Part shown: piece after piece, positions 25,196 through 35,603 of the stretch
How the letters are laid out: the number at the start of each line of letters is the position of its first letter
Position numbering within the stretch: the stretch's first letter is position 1
DNA from: a phage
Direction: 5' to 3' (one strand)
Sequence record: PX915676.1
Length of the DNA: 64,000 bases
Translations under genes and position numbers: made by a program
The notes under the pieces: model-generated
Seen by the model: only the letters and a program-made list of their open reading frames with translations
Told to the model about the DNA's origin: nothing
Databases searched by the model: none

Positions 25196-27040
25196 GTGAG
25201 CAACCCGGACGCTCTTCCATTTTTGACAGAGATGACTGTCGCTGATATAATCTCTAAGCAAGCAAAGCACGGAGTGAGTTTCAACCGAAGAAATGCTCGG
25301 TGGTATGTTCACCTCCTTAAAGAGATTATTGTTAATATTGACAGAGAGTTGATTCCTCTCTTACCTAAGATGAGATTAGACGGCTCTACTTATATGAAGC
25401 CGTTTAAGAAGTCTGGAGCTTTGCAGAAATGGCCTCAAGCTTATTGTGATAGGGTTGGGCTGAAGAGAGAAGACATTGGCGGAGCTTTCACCTGTGTCGA
25501 ATACGTAGACTTTGACCCATCGAAAGATGCACGAGTTAAAGAAGCTCTTATGGATGAGGGCTTTCTTCCTCCAGAGTTTAACGTATCTAAGAAGCCTTGG
25601 AATACTTTCGAAATTAAGAAAGATATGAGAAAGTATGGAACATACCAAGCATGGTATACTGCTTGGATGCGAGGCAATGCTAAGCAAAAGCAGACAGCCG
25701 AGATGGTTGACGCTGATATTAAGAAGTTCTTAGAAAAGCATTTCAGGTTTAAGACTAAGAATTACATGAAGGCTTACGTATTTGGTTTGGGGTTGAACCC
25801 TAATCGCCGTAATCCTGTAACGTTTGATGAGATTAAGAAAGCGCTAGCCACATCAAACAAGTGGCCTACAGCTCCTACAAATCTCGAGGAGACTCTCGAA
25901 GAAGGGTTAGGAGGTGAGCTAGGGAGTGTCGGAAGTTTGCTTAAGAGACGCGTTGTAGCAGCTCACAGGCTAGGTCTTATCAATGGACTCATAGCAAAGG
26001 AACGCGAAGATGGTAAACTTTCGGCAGAAGCTAACAGCTGCGCTACGCCGACTTTTCGATTCAAACATCGTATCGTGGTTAATATTCCCTCCCGTGGTTT
26101 GTTTGGTCACGAGTGTCGCAGTTTGTTTGAGTCTGACTATAACTCAGACAGTGATCATTCTCGTCCTTTCATTATTACTAACGTTGTTCCTGATGGTTGT
26201 TATATACGAAAAGGTACTAACGTAATTTACGAGAAGGGTAAGCCGGGGAAGAAAGACAAACCTGTAGGTGCTTACAAATATTACATACCCGCTGGTAAAG
26301 AAGTATTCTTAGGGTATGATGGTTCTGGGCTTGAACTTCGCATGCTCGCTCACTACCTCATTAAAGAGTGTAGGGACATGCTTGCTGAAGCAATAGAAGA
26401 GAATAATCCAGCTAAGAAAGCTCTGGCAGAACGTGGTTTAGCTTCTGCTATTATGTATCGTGACATCCTCCTTGAAGGGGATATCCACTCCCACAACCAG
26501 AAACTTGCTGGTCTTCCTACTCGTGACAACGCTAAGACCTTTATCTACGCATTCAACTATGGTGCTGGTGATGCTAAGCTCGGTTCAATTGTAGGTGGTG
26601 GGGCTGACGAAGGTTCAGTGATGCGAGCACGTTTCTTAGCAGAGAACCCATGTATTGCAATCCTCATTGATCGTATGACAGAGAAAGCTGCTCAAGGATA
26701 CTTGATTGGTGTCGATGGTCGTAAGATTACAATGAGACGGGATGCCACTGGTAAGGTTATGGTTCATAAAGCCCTTAACACACTCCTGCAATGTGCTGGT
26801 GCTGTTGTTATGAAATATGCTATGATGTTCCTTAACAAGTGGATTGAGAAAGATAAGGTTCGTTGTGCTAAGGTAATTGATATGCACGATGAAGGTCAAT
26901 TCTCAGTAAACCGTAATGATGTACAGAAACTCAAAGAGCACACTGAGCTTTGTGTTAAGAAAGCTGGCGAGTATCTGAACATGGAATGTCCTCTGGCATC
27001 TGATTGTCAGATTGGACTTAACTGGATGCATACACACTAA
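25196..27040 (+). CDS. DNA polymerase, family A, polymerase domain only
   Basis: Motif A DGSGLELRMLAHY, motif B RDNAKTFIYAFNYGAG, motif C VIDMHDEGQF; AAGGAG SD before GTG; no exonuclease motifs in this ORF. Confidence 0.85.
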   Translation: MSNPDALPFLTEMTVADIISKQAKHGVSFNRRNARWYVHLLKEIIVNIDRELIPLLPKMRLDGSTYMKPFKKSGALQKWPQAYCDRVGLKREDIGGAFTCVEYVDFDPSKDARVKEALMDEGFLPPEFNVSKKPWNTFEIKKDMRKYGTYQAWYTAWMRGNAKQKQTAEMVDADIKKFLEKHFRFKTKNYMKAYVFGLGLNPNRRNPVTFDEIKKALATSNKWPTAPTNLEETLEEGLGGELGSVGSLLKRRVVAAHRLGLINGLIAKEREDGKLSAEANSCATPTFRFKHRIVVNIPSRGLFGHECRSLFESDYNSDSDHSRPFIITNVVPDGCYIRKGTNVIYEKGKPGKKDKPVGAYKYYIPAGKEVFLGYDGSGLELRMLAHYLIKECRDMLAEAIEENNPAKKALAERGLASAIMYRDILLEGDIHSHNQKLAGLPTRDNAKTFIYAFNYGAGDAKLGSIVGGGADEGSVMRARFLAENPCIAILIDRMTEKAAQGYLIGVDGRKITMRRDATGKVMVHKALNTLLQCAGAVVMKYAMMFLNKWIEKDKVRCAKVIDMHDEGQFSVNRNDVQKLKEHTELCVKKAGEYLNMECPLASDCQIGLNWMHTH

Positions 27041-27048
27041 GGTGAGTG

Positions 27049-27414
27049 ATGAAAGAAACCAATATCATCTACAGAACATTGAGATGTTTAGCTAAAGAGA
27101 GGGGGATGGAGGATTTCCTCCTCCAATATTATGAAATAGCTAAGACTGGAATTTATCCAAAATGGTTTAGTGAAGATCACGGATTATGCTTCAACTTTCG
27201 CTGTTATAAGAGGTATTACTATTTCACAAAGCATTTAGATATTGACGACATGAAGGATATGTTTAATCAAGAAAAGTTTTTGGACCCAACATACCCATTC
27301 GGATGTGATCAATATTTTAGAGATAGGGAAAACGGGGCACATCATAAGAATCCAAAACGACGGGCTTGGATTAAAGATACACTGAAAACTCTATATAGTA
27401 TTGAGGTTGAGTGA
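27049..27414 (+). CDS. hypothetical protein
   Basis: AAGGTGAG SD; 121 aa. Confidence 0.45.
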   Translation: MKETNIIYRTLRCLAKERGMEDFLLQYYEIAKTGIYPKWFSEDHGLCFNFRCYKRYYYFTKHLDIDDMKDMFNQEKFLDPTYPFGCDQYFRDRENGAHHKNPKRRAWIKDTLKTLYSIEVE

Positions 27415-27605
27415 TGAGTGTTCGTGGTTATTATGAATCTTGGGCCGTCTTTAGTGGTGGCTCCACTCTCGTAGCATTAAATGGTCAACTGTGTATCTTT
27501 GAGACAGAGAACTTAGCAATAACCAAAGCAGCAGAGCTAGTTCGAAAGTTTCCAAACAAGACATTCACAGTTAAAAGGATAGAAGTACCTGCATTGGTAG
27601 AGTGA
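27414..27605 (+). CDS. hypothetical protein
   Basis: 63 aa; ATG overlaps upstream stop. Confidence 0.4.
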   Translation: MSVRGYYESWAVFSGGSTLVALNGQLCIFETENLAITKAAELVRKFPNKTFTVKRIEVPALVE

Positions 27606-27788
27606 ATAAATAAGACGAATGAACTATTCTTATTGATTGGTTCGTAACAAGGAGATTGAAGTGGAAGAGATGCCATCGGATTGGTGTTATCGTCAGAGCG
27701 CCATCTGTAATGAACAAGGTCGTCCTGATGAGGCTGAGTTCTATCTAGAGCTAGCCGAACTGTGGAAAGAACGAGAGGAGAAAGAGTG

Positions 27789-27956
27789 ATGGAAGGTATT
27801 TACCGTAAACCGCCTCCAAAATATAACATCCTTTATACTGATGCAACAGGCGAGTTTAGGAGTGTGTTAGTTTACACGGATGAAGAACGAAACCAAATGG
27901 TTGCTGCTATTGAAGCCAATGGTGGTACAATCATGCGAATTTATAACATAACATAA
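27789..27956 (+). CDS. hypothetical protein
   Basis: GAGAGGAGAAAGAG SD before ATG; 55 aa. Confidence 0.35.
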   Translation: MEGIYRKPPPKYNILYTDATGEFRSVLVYTDEERNQMVAAIEANGGTIMRIYNIT

Positions 27957-27965
27957 GGAATATCA

Positions 27966-28142
27966 ATGACTGCTTCTGAATTAAAAGAAACCCTATCCAC
28001 TGAAGAAGGTAAAGCTTTCTTCTTATCTCAAGTACACTCTATGGGTAAAGATGCCCTTCGCCAAGCAGTCGTTGAGCTTACTGGTGTAGTGATTGACTTG
28101 AGTATTGAAAACGAAACACTTGAAGCTAAAGTGAACAGTTAA
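27966..28142 (+). CDS. small hypothetical protein
   Basis: 58-aa ORF below track cutoff; AAGGAA SD; followed by terminator. Confidence 0.35.
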   Translation: MTASELKETLSTEEGKAFFLSQVHSMGKDALRQAVVELTGVVIDLSIENETLEAKVNS

Positions 28143-28148
28143 ATAAGA

Positions 28149-28172
28149 AGCTGCCTTCGGGCGGCTTTTCTT
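28149..28172 (+). terminator. rho-independent terminator
   Basis: AGCTGCC-TTCG-GGCGGCT 7-bp stem with tetraloop, then TTTTCTT. Confidence 0.55.
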
Positions 28173-28188
28173 GTCTAAAGGATTTGAC

Positions 28189-28581
28189 ATGAATATTGGT
28201 TTAGATTATGATGACACTTACACAGCAGACAGACGACTGTGGAGAGATGTGATAGGCTTGATGAAAGAATACGGACATGATGTAAGATTCGTGACTTTCC
28301 GTTTCTCAGAGCCTAACGGTTATGATAACGTGGATATCCTCTACGATGCAGAGACCTTGCAGATTCCTATCATCTTTTGTAATGGTGTCCAGAAGGATGA
28401 GGTGTGTCGACAGTTAGGTTTCTTCGTAGATATCTGGATTGATGACTTCCCTGTTGGAATCCCCAAAAAGGACCACCTAGACGGTATGCTGAAGGGCGTA
28501 AGACTTAATGACCTTAGGGCAGCACCTCCTGTAGAAATAGCCGCTCCTGTGTACTCTGAAGAGCCTTTGGTGATTCGATGA
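28189..28581 (+). CDS. putative HAD-like phosphatase/nucleotidase
   Basis: N-terminal GLDYDDT (DxD-type nucleophile motif) and later VDIWIDD; assignment tentative. Confidence 0.35.
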   Translation: MNIGLDYDDTYTADRRLWRDVIGLMKEYGHDVRFVTFRFSEPNGYDNVDILYDAETLQIPIIFCNGVQKDEVCRQLGFFVDIWIDDFPVGIPKKDHLDGMLKGVRLNDLRAAPPVEIAAPVYSEEPLVIR

Positions 28582-28754
28582 AAAAGATAATTCTTTGGGC
28601 TTTAGGTATAGCTCTATTCCTATATCTTATCGATATCGGAGGGGATGCCAGTAGAGAAGACTGTGAAGTGAGGTTGTCTCAAGAGTTTAAGTCAGAGACA
28701 AAGTGGGTTAATGGTCGATGCTATGTAAAAGATTGGGGAAGAACTTCTCGATGA
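28578..28754 (+). CDS. small membrane/secreted protein
   Basis: 58-aa ORF below cutoff; hydrophobic N-terminus IILWALGIALFLYLI. Confidence 0.3.
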   Translation: MKKIILWALGIALFLYLIDIGGDASREDCEVRLSQEFKSETKWVNGRCYVKDWGRTSR

Positions 28755-28912
28755 AAAAGTATAGTGTATGGTTTAACGAGGTAGAAGAGGGTTTTGATGA
28801 AGTCGGAGGATGGGTAAATATCCTAAACACTGACGATATAGAAGAGGCCGAGAAGTGCGCCCTAAACTACAACTCTGGGTATTATGAAAGAAATTGGGAA
28901 TATGAGGAATAA
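28751..28912 (+). CDS. small hypothetical protein
   Basis: ATG overlaps upstream stop (ATGA); 53 aa. Confidence 0.3.
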   Translation: MKKYSVWFNEVEEGFDEVGGWVNILNTDDIEEAEKCALNYNSGYYERNWEYEE

Positions 28913-28914
28913 GA

Positions 28915-29136
28915 ATGATTTGGGTTCACACTTATAGAATTGGGAAGAAAGGGCTTACTACTATTCACACATCTGAAGATAGTGCTAAAGCATCTCAGGC
29001 TGTACTGAAAGGAAAGATCACACCTTATGTAGTTGCTGAAGAAAAGAAGAGTCCTCCAGTTCTGGAATACTTAGGAACAGGTAAAGCTTATACAGCACTG
29101 GATGTTATTAACAACAAACAAGGAGATATGGCATAA
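28915..29136 (+). CDS. hypothetical protein
   Basis: GAGGAA SD; 73 aa. Confidence 0.4.
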   Translation: MIWVHTYRIGKKGLTTIHTSEDSAKASQAVLKGKITPYVVAEEKKSPPVLEYLGTGKAYTALDVINNKQGDMA

Positions 29137-29138
29137 AA

Positions 29139-29354
29139 ATGGAATACATTGATAAATACTCAAGTGAAGATTCAACAGACGCTGAAGTTTTATTTATACT
29201 AAAAACAGACTGTCTTGAACATGGTCAACTTATCAATTTCATTGAGTTGGCAAAACTTAAAGAAGAGATTGATCAACTATATAGTGATGAGCAATCCAGA
29301 TTACTTTCTCTATCCCTTCTAGGTGATTTAACTTGCGATGGGTGCACTATCTAA
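29139..29354 (+). CDS. hypothetical protein
   Basis: 71 aa ORF. Confidence 0.4.
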   Translation: MEYIDKYSSEDSTDAEVLFILKTDCLEHGQLINFIELAKLKEEIDQLYSDEQSRLLSLSLLGDLTCDGCTI

Positions 29355-29363
29355 GAGGTCTTT

Positions 29364-29867
29364 ATGGCTGAAGTTTATTTTGCAGGGGATGGTCACTTAG
29401 GTCATCGCAACATCTGTAGTTTTCGTAAGCAATTTAAAACCATCGAAGAACATGACAAAGCAATTCTAGCTGCATTTGATCATGTAACTAAGCGAGATAA
29501 GATCTTCTTTACTGGTGATTGGGTGTTTGAAAAATATGCCCTTGATATCATCGCTGAAGTAAAAGGAGAGAAACATCTGGTCTTGGGGAATCATGACAAA
29601 TTAGAACTTCTCCCTGATATGATGAAAGTCTTCCGTAGAATCTCTGGTGATTATAAATATAAAGAGTTTTGGGTAACTCATATTCCTATTCACGCTGATG
29701 AAATGAGAGGGAAGTTTAATATTTATGCTCATACCCATAATCATGTAATTGATGATTGGAGATATTTCTGTACATCAATGGAGCAAATTAACTATAAAGC
29801 TGTTTCTCTGCAAGAGATTAGGAAGGTCTTTGATGAAAGAAGAAAAGAACAAGATCTCATTATTTAA
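29364..29867 (+). CDS. calcineurin-like metallophosphoesterase
   Basis: Motifs GDGHLGH, GDWV, GNHD and HTHNH; AAGAGG SD. Confidence 0.65.
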   Translation: MAEVYFAGDGHLGHRNICSFRKQFKTIEEHDKAILAAFDHVTKRDKIFFTGDWVFEKYALDIIAEVKGEKHLVLGNHDKLELLPDMMKVFRRISGDYKYKEFWVTHIPIHADEMRGKFNIYAHTHNHVIDDWRYFCTSMEQINYKAVSLQEIRKVFDERRKEQDLII

Positions 29868-29997
29868 AGAACCTGTAGTTTATAAAGACTCTATCAGAGA
29901 TCAATATAATGAGATGTTAAAGAAACAAGCTGATTCTAATCTTCGTTATCAGAGGATAGTAGAAAAATCTAATTTTAAAGGTTTACTTGAATGGTAA
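29833..29997 (+). CDS. small hypothetical protein
   Basis: GGAAGG SD; overlaps phosphoesterase 3' end out of frame; 54 aa. Confidence 0.3.
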   Translation: MKEEKNKISLFKEPVVYKDSIRDQYNEMLKKQADSNLRYQRIVEKSNFKGLLEW

Positions 29998-30098
29998 CTT
30001 ATATTCTTTACTTTTTAGCTTTCTTAGGAATAATCTTTTTATCTATTATTCTTGAATTTGGTTTAAGTAAGTTAGTTAATTATTTAGGTAATAAGTAA
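29991..30098 (+). CDS. small hydrophobic peptide
   Basis: 35-aa ORF MVTYILYFLAFLGIIFLSIILEFG...; below cutoff; weak support. Confidence 0.25.
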   Translation: MVTYILYFLAFLGIIFLSIILEFGLSKLVNYLGNK

Positions 30099-30345
30099 TT
30101 AATATTCTTTTAAATAGAGAATCAAAGTCCCTAGGAGTCCCTACAACCTAAATCAAGGATTCCTTAATTCTCTATTTTTATCTCGCAGGTGGCTCCTGCC
30201 CTTCGGTACTTGCAAGGGATTCTGTGAATTGCCCAATATACAAGCCTGCAATAACTTTATCAGCTATACAATATATACATTACTAGTGTGTTATATCTAC
30301 TACCAAAGATACTTATATTATATAGTACTCTTATCGGTATAAGCG

Positions 30346-30354
30346 TAATGTATA
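30346..30354 (+). promoter_or_regulatory. TAATGTATA promoter-like motif
   Basis: Exact 9-mer 60 nt upstream of ATG 30414 within a 315-bp AT-rich intergenic region. Confidence 0.4.
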
Positions 30355-30413
30355 CTATACATAACCGCTCAAAGAGAGCAACAATCTTTCAAATTAAATA
30401 AGGAAATTAAAAT

Positions 30414-31160
30414 ATGTCTATGATTCCAACTATCGCAACTGCTTCTCGTAAATCCAACTACGATGTAATCCCTGATGGTGAATACGAAGCACGTATCGTT
30501 CGTGTAGTAGGTTTAGGTGTTCACAATCGTGACCCTTGGATTGACCCGAAGACCAAAGCAGTAACCCCTAAGAATCCGGCTTTCCGTATGGATTTAGCTT
30601 TCGAGCTGATTGGTGTTGATGCTACTGGTAAAGATTCCGATGGTAAGGCATTAGAACCACGTCCGGCTTGCCAGTTCAAGAGCTATGATGTAAACCCACG
30701 AGCTAAGAACTCTGGTATTCTTGATCTTTGCAAGATGATTGACCCAAGTATTCAAGCACTGAAAGGTGATCTGTCTTGGTTCAAGGATGTTCTGTTAGGT
30801 CAGCCTGTTAACATTCTAGTTAACTCTTACACTAACAAAGCTGGTGAAATTAAAAACTCCATCAAGACCATTTCTCCAATCCCAACCAAATATCGTGCAG
30901 CAGTTGGTGAAGCTCGTAGTCCTCTGGTATTCTTCGAACCGTATGCTGAAACCGATGAGAACGTAGCATCCTATCAACTGATGTTTCCGTTCCAGCGCAA
31001 CCTGCTTACTCAAGCTAATGACGCTAAGAACATGCCTCTGGCTGGTCGTGAAATTACTCGTGCTTCTGAAACAGAGCAGAAAGAAGCTACTCCTTCAATC
31101 CCTACGATTGATAAAGAGCCTGCTTCTACTTACGAAGACGACAACGATAGCCCATTCTAA
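30414..31160 (+). CDS. putative single-stranded DNA-binding protein
   Basis: Acidic C-terminal tail ending YEDDNDSPF as in many SSBs; gene bracketed by promoter-like motif and strong terminator; inference only. Confidence 0.4.
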   Translation: MSMIPTIATASRKSNYDVIPDGEYEARIVRVVGLGVHNRDPWIDPKTKAVTPKNPAFRMDLAFELIGVDATGKDSDGKALEPRPACQFKSYDVNPRAKNSGILDLCKMIDPSIQALKGDLSWFKDVLLGQPVNILVNSYTNKAGEIKNSIKTISPIPTKYRAAVGEARSPLVFFEPYAETDENVASYQLMFPFQRNLLTQANDAKNMPLAGREITRASETEQKEATPSIPTIDKEPASTYEDDNDSPF

Positions 31161-31181
31161 TAACTCTCCTTGTTATAGCTT

Positions 31182-31206
31182 AGCCACCTCCGGGTGGCTT
31201 TTTTCG
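31182..31206 (+). terminator. rho-independent terminator
   Basis: AGCCACC-TCCG-GGTGGCT perfect 7-bp stem followed by TTTTTTCG. Confidence 0.7.
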
Positions 31207-31452
31207 TTGGAGACAACATGCAAAACACATTAAGTGATAACTTAGGGTTTATCGTTTTCTCAGCTCTTGTATTCTTTGGTGGTATGAAGTTTAACGAGTA
31301 CCAAACAGACAGTAGTAATCTGGATAAAGAGAAACATCAACAAGAGTTAGAGATTGAAAGAAATAGAGCAGCTGATGAAGTTGCTCAGAGGGTTCTTGCC
31401 GGTTTATCTAACTGGAAGAAGAACACGGAAACCGTTTATAAAGAGATGCATT

Positions 31453-32742
<1,290 letters not shown>

Positions 32743-32746
<4 letters not shown>

Positions 32747-33636
32747 GTGAAGAGGTAAAAGCTTTAAAGAAAGCTCTTGCAATTAAAATCAAACATTTAA
32801 ATTTCGTCAGAGATGAGTTGGAGGAGCTATCCAACTTATCAGGGTATGAATTACAGAATGAACTTGTAGAGTTTCAAATCAATGTTGATGGCGGTAGATA
32901 CGTAGAAACAACTAGAGCGATTTTACCTAAAGTTACTGGTAACAAAACTTCTCCAGTAGATTACTCACATGACCACACGGAGCAATTAGAAATGGAATCT
33001 CAAGGCAATCCAGCACTGACCAATATGGTGGGAGATTCCCACTATAAGCCTTTAGTAGTAATTCTTAATGGGCCTCCGGGTTGTGGTAAAGATACGATAG
33101 CCAATGCTTGGGTCAATGCCCATTCATACCACCACGGATATTCAACCAAATCCTTCAAGGAGCCAATGTACAGAGTAGCTGCTGCTGCACTAGGAATACC
33201 TCTAGAAAATTTTCTAGCACGCTATGAAGATCGTGAATGGAAAGAAAAACCTAGACCAGAATGGGGAGGGAAGTCTGTAAGAGATTTGATGATTTCTACA
33301 AGTGAAGACTTCTTAAAACCTATGTTTGGCAACAATCATATGGGGAATCTTGCTGTAAAAAGTATCAAACAAGAAGGGCTAGGTCAGGATGATATTGTCG
33401 TGTTTACTGACGGAGGTTTTGATGCAGAGGTACGAGAACTAGAAAAGAATTTCCATGTCCAAGTTGTCCAAGTTCTTAGAGATGGTTGCTCTTTTGATGG
33501 AGACTCTCGTTCATATATTGAAGGCGAACAGAGAAAAACATATCTACTGTTTAATGACTCAACCATCGAATCAGCAGTCTCAGATCTAGATTGGATTATT
33601 GCTCAAGCTCAGGATGATATTTATGGAAGAAGTTAA
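32743..33636 (+). CDS. P-loop kinase, dNMP-kinase-like
   Basis: Walker A LNGPPGCGKDT resembling the GxxxxGKDT of phage deoxynucleotide kinases; N-terminal coiled-coil. Confidence 0.5.
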
Positions 33637-34441
33637 GCTCCCTGAAGTTGCTATAGTGGATGCTGACGTTCTTCGATATGAAGTGGGTGCTCTTACTCAG
33701 GAGCATCCCTTTCTTGACACAGGACGTGTTCCAGTTGATTACAATTTCATGATTGAACGACTTCAGTACAAGATTGATACTATCATTGCTCGCTCAGGTT
33801 GTAATAAGGTTGTATTCTACTTCAGCGAAGGTGGTAACTTCCGTTTCGATGTTGCCAAGCAACAAGGTTACAAAGCAAACAGACCTCCAGGAGAAAGACC
33901 TTTTCACTGGCAAAACGTTGGCGATTACATTAAAGGTAAGTACGAATATATTGATGTATTTGGAAGAGAGGCTGATGACGCTCTAGCTGAGAGACAGCGT
34001 AGAGATAAGAACACTATCATCTGTACCAGAGACAAAGATTTATTAATAACCCCCGGATGGCACTATCGTTGGGCCTGTGGAGAGAAACAAAGAGAAGTAC
34101 CTCCTCATTATGTATCTGACTTGGTATCATGGCAAAACTTCTTCTATCAAATGTTGATTGGGGATGGGACAGATAACATTCCCGGATGCGGTGAACGTAA
34201 AGAAGTTATGTGGGGCGGTAAGCTCCAGCTACGACGTCAAGGTGTCGGGAAGAAAGCAGCAGCTAGTCTGTTGGCTGGTGTTACAGATAAGTGGACCATG
34301 TATCATATAGTACGAATGGAGTATTATAAGAAGTTCGATACTGAAGATGAAGAGAAGATGCTCGAGAATGCTCGGCTTCTTTTTGTTGGTCAGACTCCGG
34401 AAGACCTGTTCGACTGGACATGGTTAGATAAATCTTGGTAA
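33623..34441 (+). CDS. 5'-3' exonuclease / flap endonuclease (FEN family)
   Basis: IVDADVLRY, GREADDALAER and TRDKDLL motifs typical of 5' nucleases; AGGATGA SD. Confidence 0.6.
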   Translation: MEEVKLPEVAIVDADVLRYEVGALTQEHPFLDTGRVPVDYNFMIERLQYKIDTIIARSGCNKVVFYFSEGGNFRFDVAKQQGYKANRPPGERPFHWQNVGDYIKGKYEYIDVFGREADDALAERQRRDKNTIICTRDKDLLITPGWHYRWACGEKQREVPPHYVSDLVSWQNFFYQMLIGDGTDNIPGCGERKEVMWGGKLQLRRQGVGKKAAASLLAGVTDKWTMYHIVRMEYYKKFDTEDEEKMLENARLLFVGQTPEDLFDWTWLDKSW

Positions 34442-34454
34442 TAAGGATATTATA

Positions 34455-34634
34455 ATGGGTAAATTTGATTATCGTTCATATGATGAAAACTCCTCCAACC
34501 GTGAATCTCGTAAAGACCAAAAGATTAAACATCAGCTGTTTGATCAGAGAACTGGTCGTATTCCTCGTGAGGGTAAGGTGAGTCATCGTGTAAACAAACG
34601 AGTTTGGGAAGAAGCTGATTATGGCGAAGTCTGA
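34455..34634 (+). CDS. small hypothetical protein
   Basis: 59-aa ORF below cutoff; AAGGA SD. Confidence 0.3.
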   Translation: MGKFDYRSYDENSSNRESRKDQKIKHQLFDQRTGRIPREGKVSHRVNKRVWEEADYGEV

Positions 34635-35022
34635 GAAGACTCGCTGTAGTGGAATGTGGACTGAAGCTCGTTACAACTCTTTCATCAAGTCAGGGATTCG
34701 TTCTCTGACTAGAAAGTGGAAGCCCATGTTCGATGCACTAGCAGACGCCAAGACAGAGAAGAAGATTAATCCAAAGACAGGAAGACTGGCAATGCACTTT
34801 AAGTGTGCCATGTGTGGTTCTGACCACCCTGTAAAAGATATGGCTATTGACCACATAGAGCCTATAGTTCCCTTAGATCATGAAGCAACTTGGGATGAAA
34901 TCATCTCTCGTGCTCTGTGTGAGAAAGAAGGTTTTCAGGTTCTATGTAAAGACCCTTGTCATAAGATTAAAACAAAAGAAGAGAATGATGCAAGAAAACA
35001 ATTCAAAAAAGGAAATGAGTGA
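34621..35022 (+). CDS. HNH endonuclease
   Basis: CAMCGSDHPVKDMAIDHIEPI...LCKDPCHKIK (HNH with zinc-binding Cys pairs). Confidence 0.6.
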   Translation: MAKSEKTRCSGMWTEARYNSFIKSGIRSLTRKWKPMFDALADAKTEKKINPKTGRLAMHFKCAMCGSDHPVKDMAIDHIEPIVPLDHEATWDEIISRALCEKEGFQVLCKDPCHKIKTKEENDARKQFKKGNE

Positions 35023-35242
35023 TGATCAAAAATCTACGCAACAAGTGCTTCGCTTTCGCTATCGCAATTGGAGAGGCGAGGTTGCTGACCGGTCCGTTAT
35101 TCCACTCCGAACCTCCGTTGCTAGCTCCCGTTTTCATAACGGTGGCAAACCTTGTTGGATTATGACAGCGATAGATGTAGAGAAAGATGAGATTCGAGAG
35201 TTCAAACTCTCTGACATTATTCAGTATTACGATTTAATCTAG
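35015..35242 (+). CDS. hypothetical protein
   Basis: ATG overlaps HNH stop; weak RBS; 75 aa. Confidence 0.3.
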   Translation: MSDDQKSTQQVLRFRYRNWRGEVADRSVIPLRTSVASSRFHNGGKPCWIMTAIDVEKDEIREFKLSDIIQYYDLI

Positions 35243-35250
35243 GAACTGAC

Positions 35251-35412
35251 ATGATCACACAAGCAGATAAAAATAAACTCTTCGACTTAATCCACGACCT
35301 ATTAGAAGCTCAGAGCTTTATTGACAATGCCCATACTTGGGAGATGGAAGCAGCTGGAAAAGCTTTTGATGAAAGCGAAGAGAAGCTTATTAATTTTATA
35401 AACACAATCTAA
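35251..35412 (+). CDS. small hypothetical protein
   Basis: 53-aa ORF; AGGAA SD. Confidence 0.3.
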   Translation: MITQADKNKLFDLIHDLLEAQSFIDNAHTWEMEAAGKAFDESEEKLINFINTI

Positions 35413-35421
35413 GGGGGTTAT

Positions 35422-35514
35422 ATGAGTGAAGAAGTTGTAATTCTTGGTAGTAAAGCAGATTGGTTCACTGGTGGTATCTCAGGGTGCTTTGAAGATGAAC
35501 GCCCAGACCCCTGA
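35422..35514 (+). CDS. small hypothetical peptide
   Basis: 30-aa ORF after AAGGGGG SD; weak. Confidence 0.2.
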   Translation: MSEEVVILGSKADWFTGGISGCFEDERPDP

Positions 35515-35567
35515 AGAAAATTGGGATGTATGACGAATTTGATGGTTTTTAAAACTTAGAAATAATA

Positions 35568-35600
35568 AAGCCCCCTTCCTTTCGGTTGGGGGCTTTTCTT
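35568..35600. terminator. bidirectional rho-independent terminator at convergence of the two gene blocks
   Basis: AAAG-GCCCCC-12 nt loop-GGGGGC-TTTTCTT; A-run upstream and T-run downstream allow function on both strands. Confidence 0.6.
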
Positions 35601-35603
35601 TTA

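Noticed and set aside
14355-27040. Intein or group I intron splitting the DNA polymerase
   Set aside because: The two polymerase parts are separated by about 20 ordinary genes with their own RBSs; no intein splice-junction motifs and no homing endonuclease within a polymerase reading frame.
30274-30282. Opposite-orientation TAATGTATA copy as a promoter
   Set aside because: On the minus strand it would drive transcription antisense to plus-strand genes with no downstream minus-strand ORF; likely chance in an AT-rich tract.
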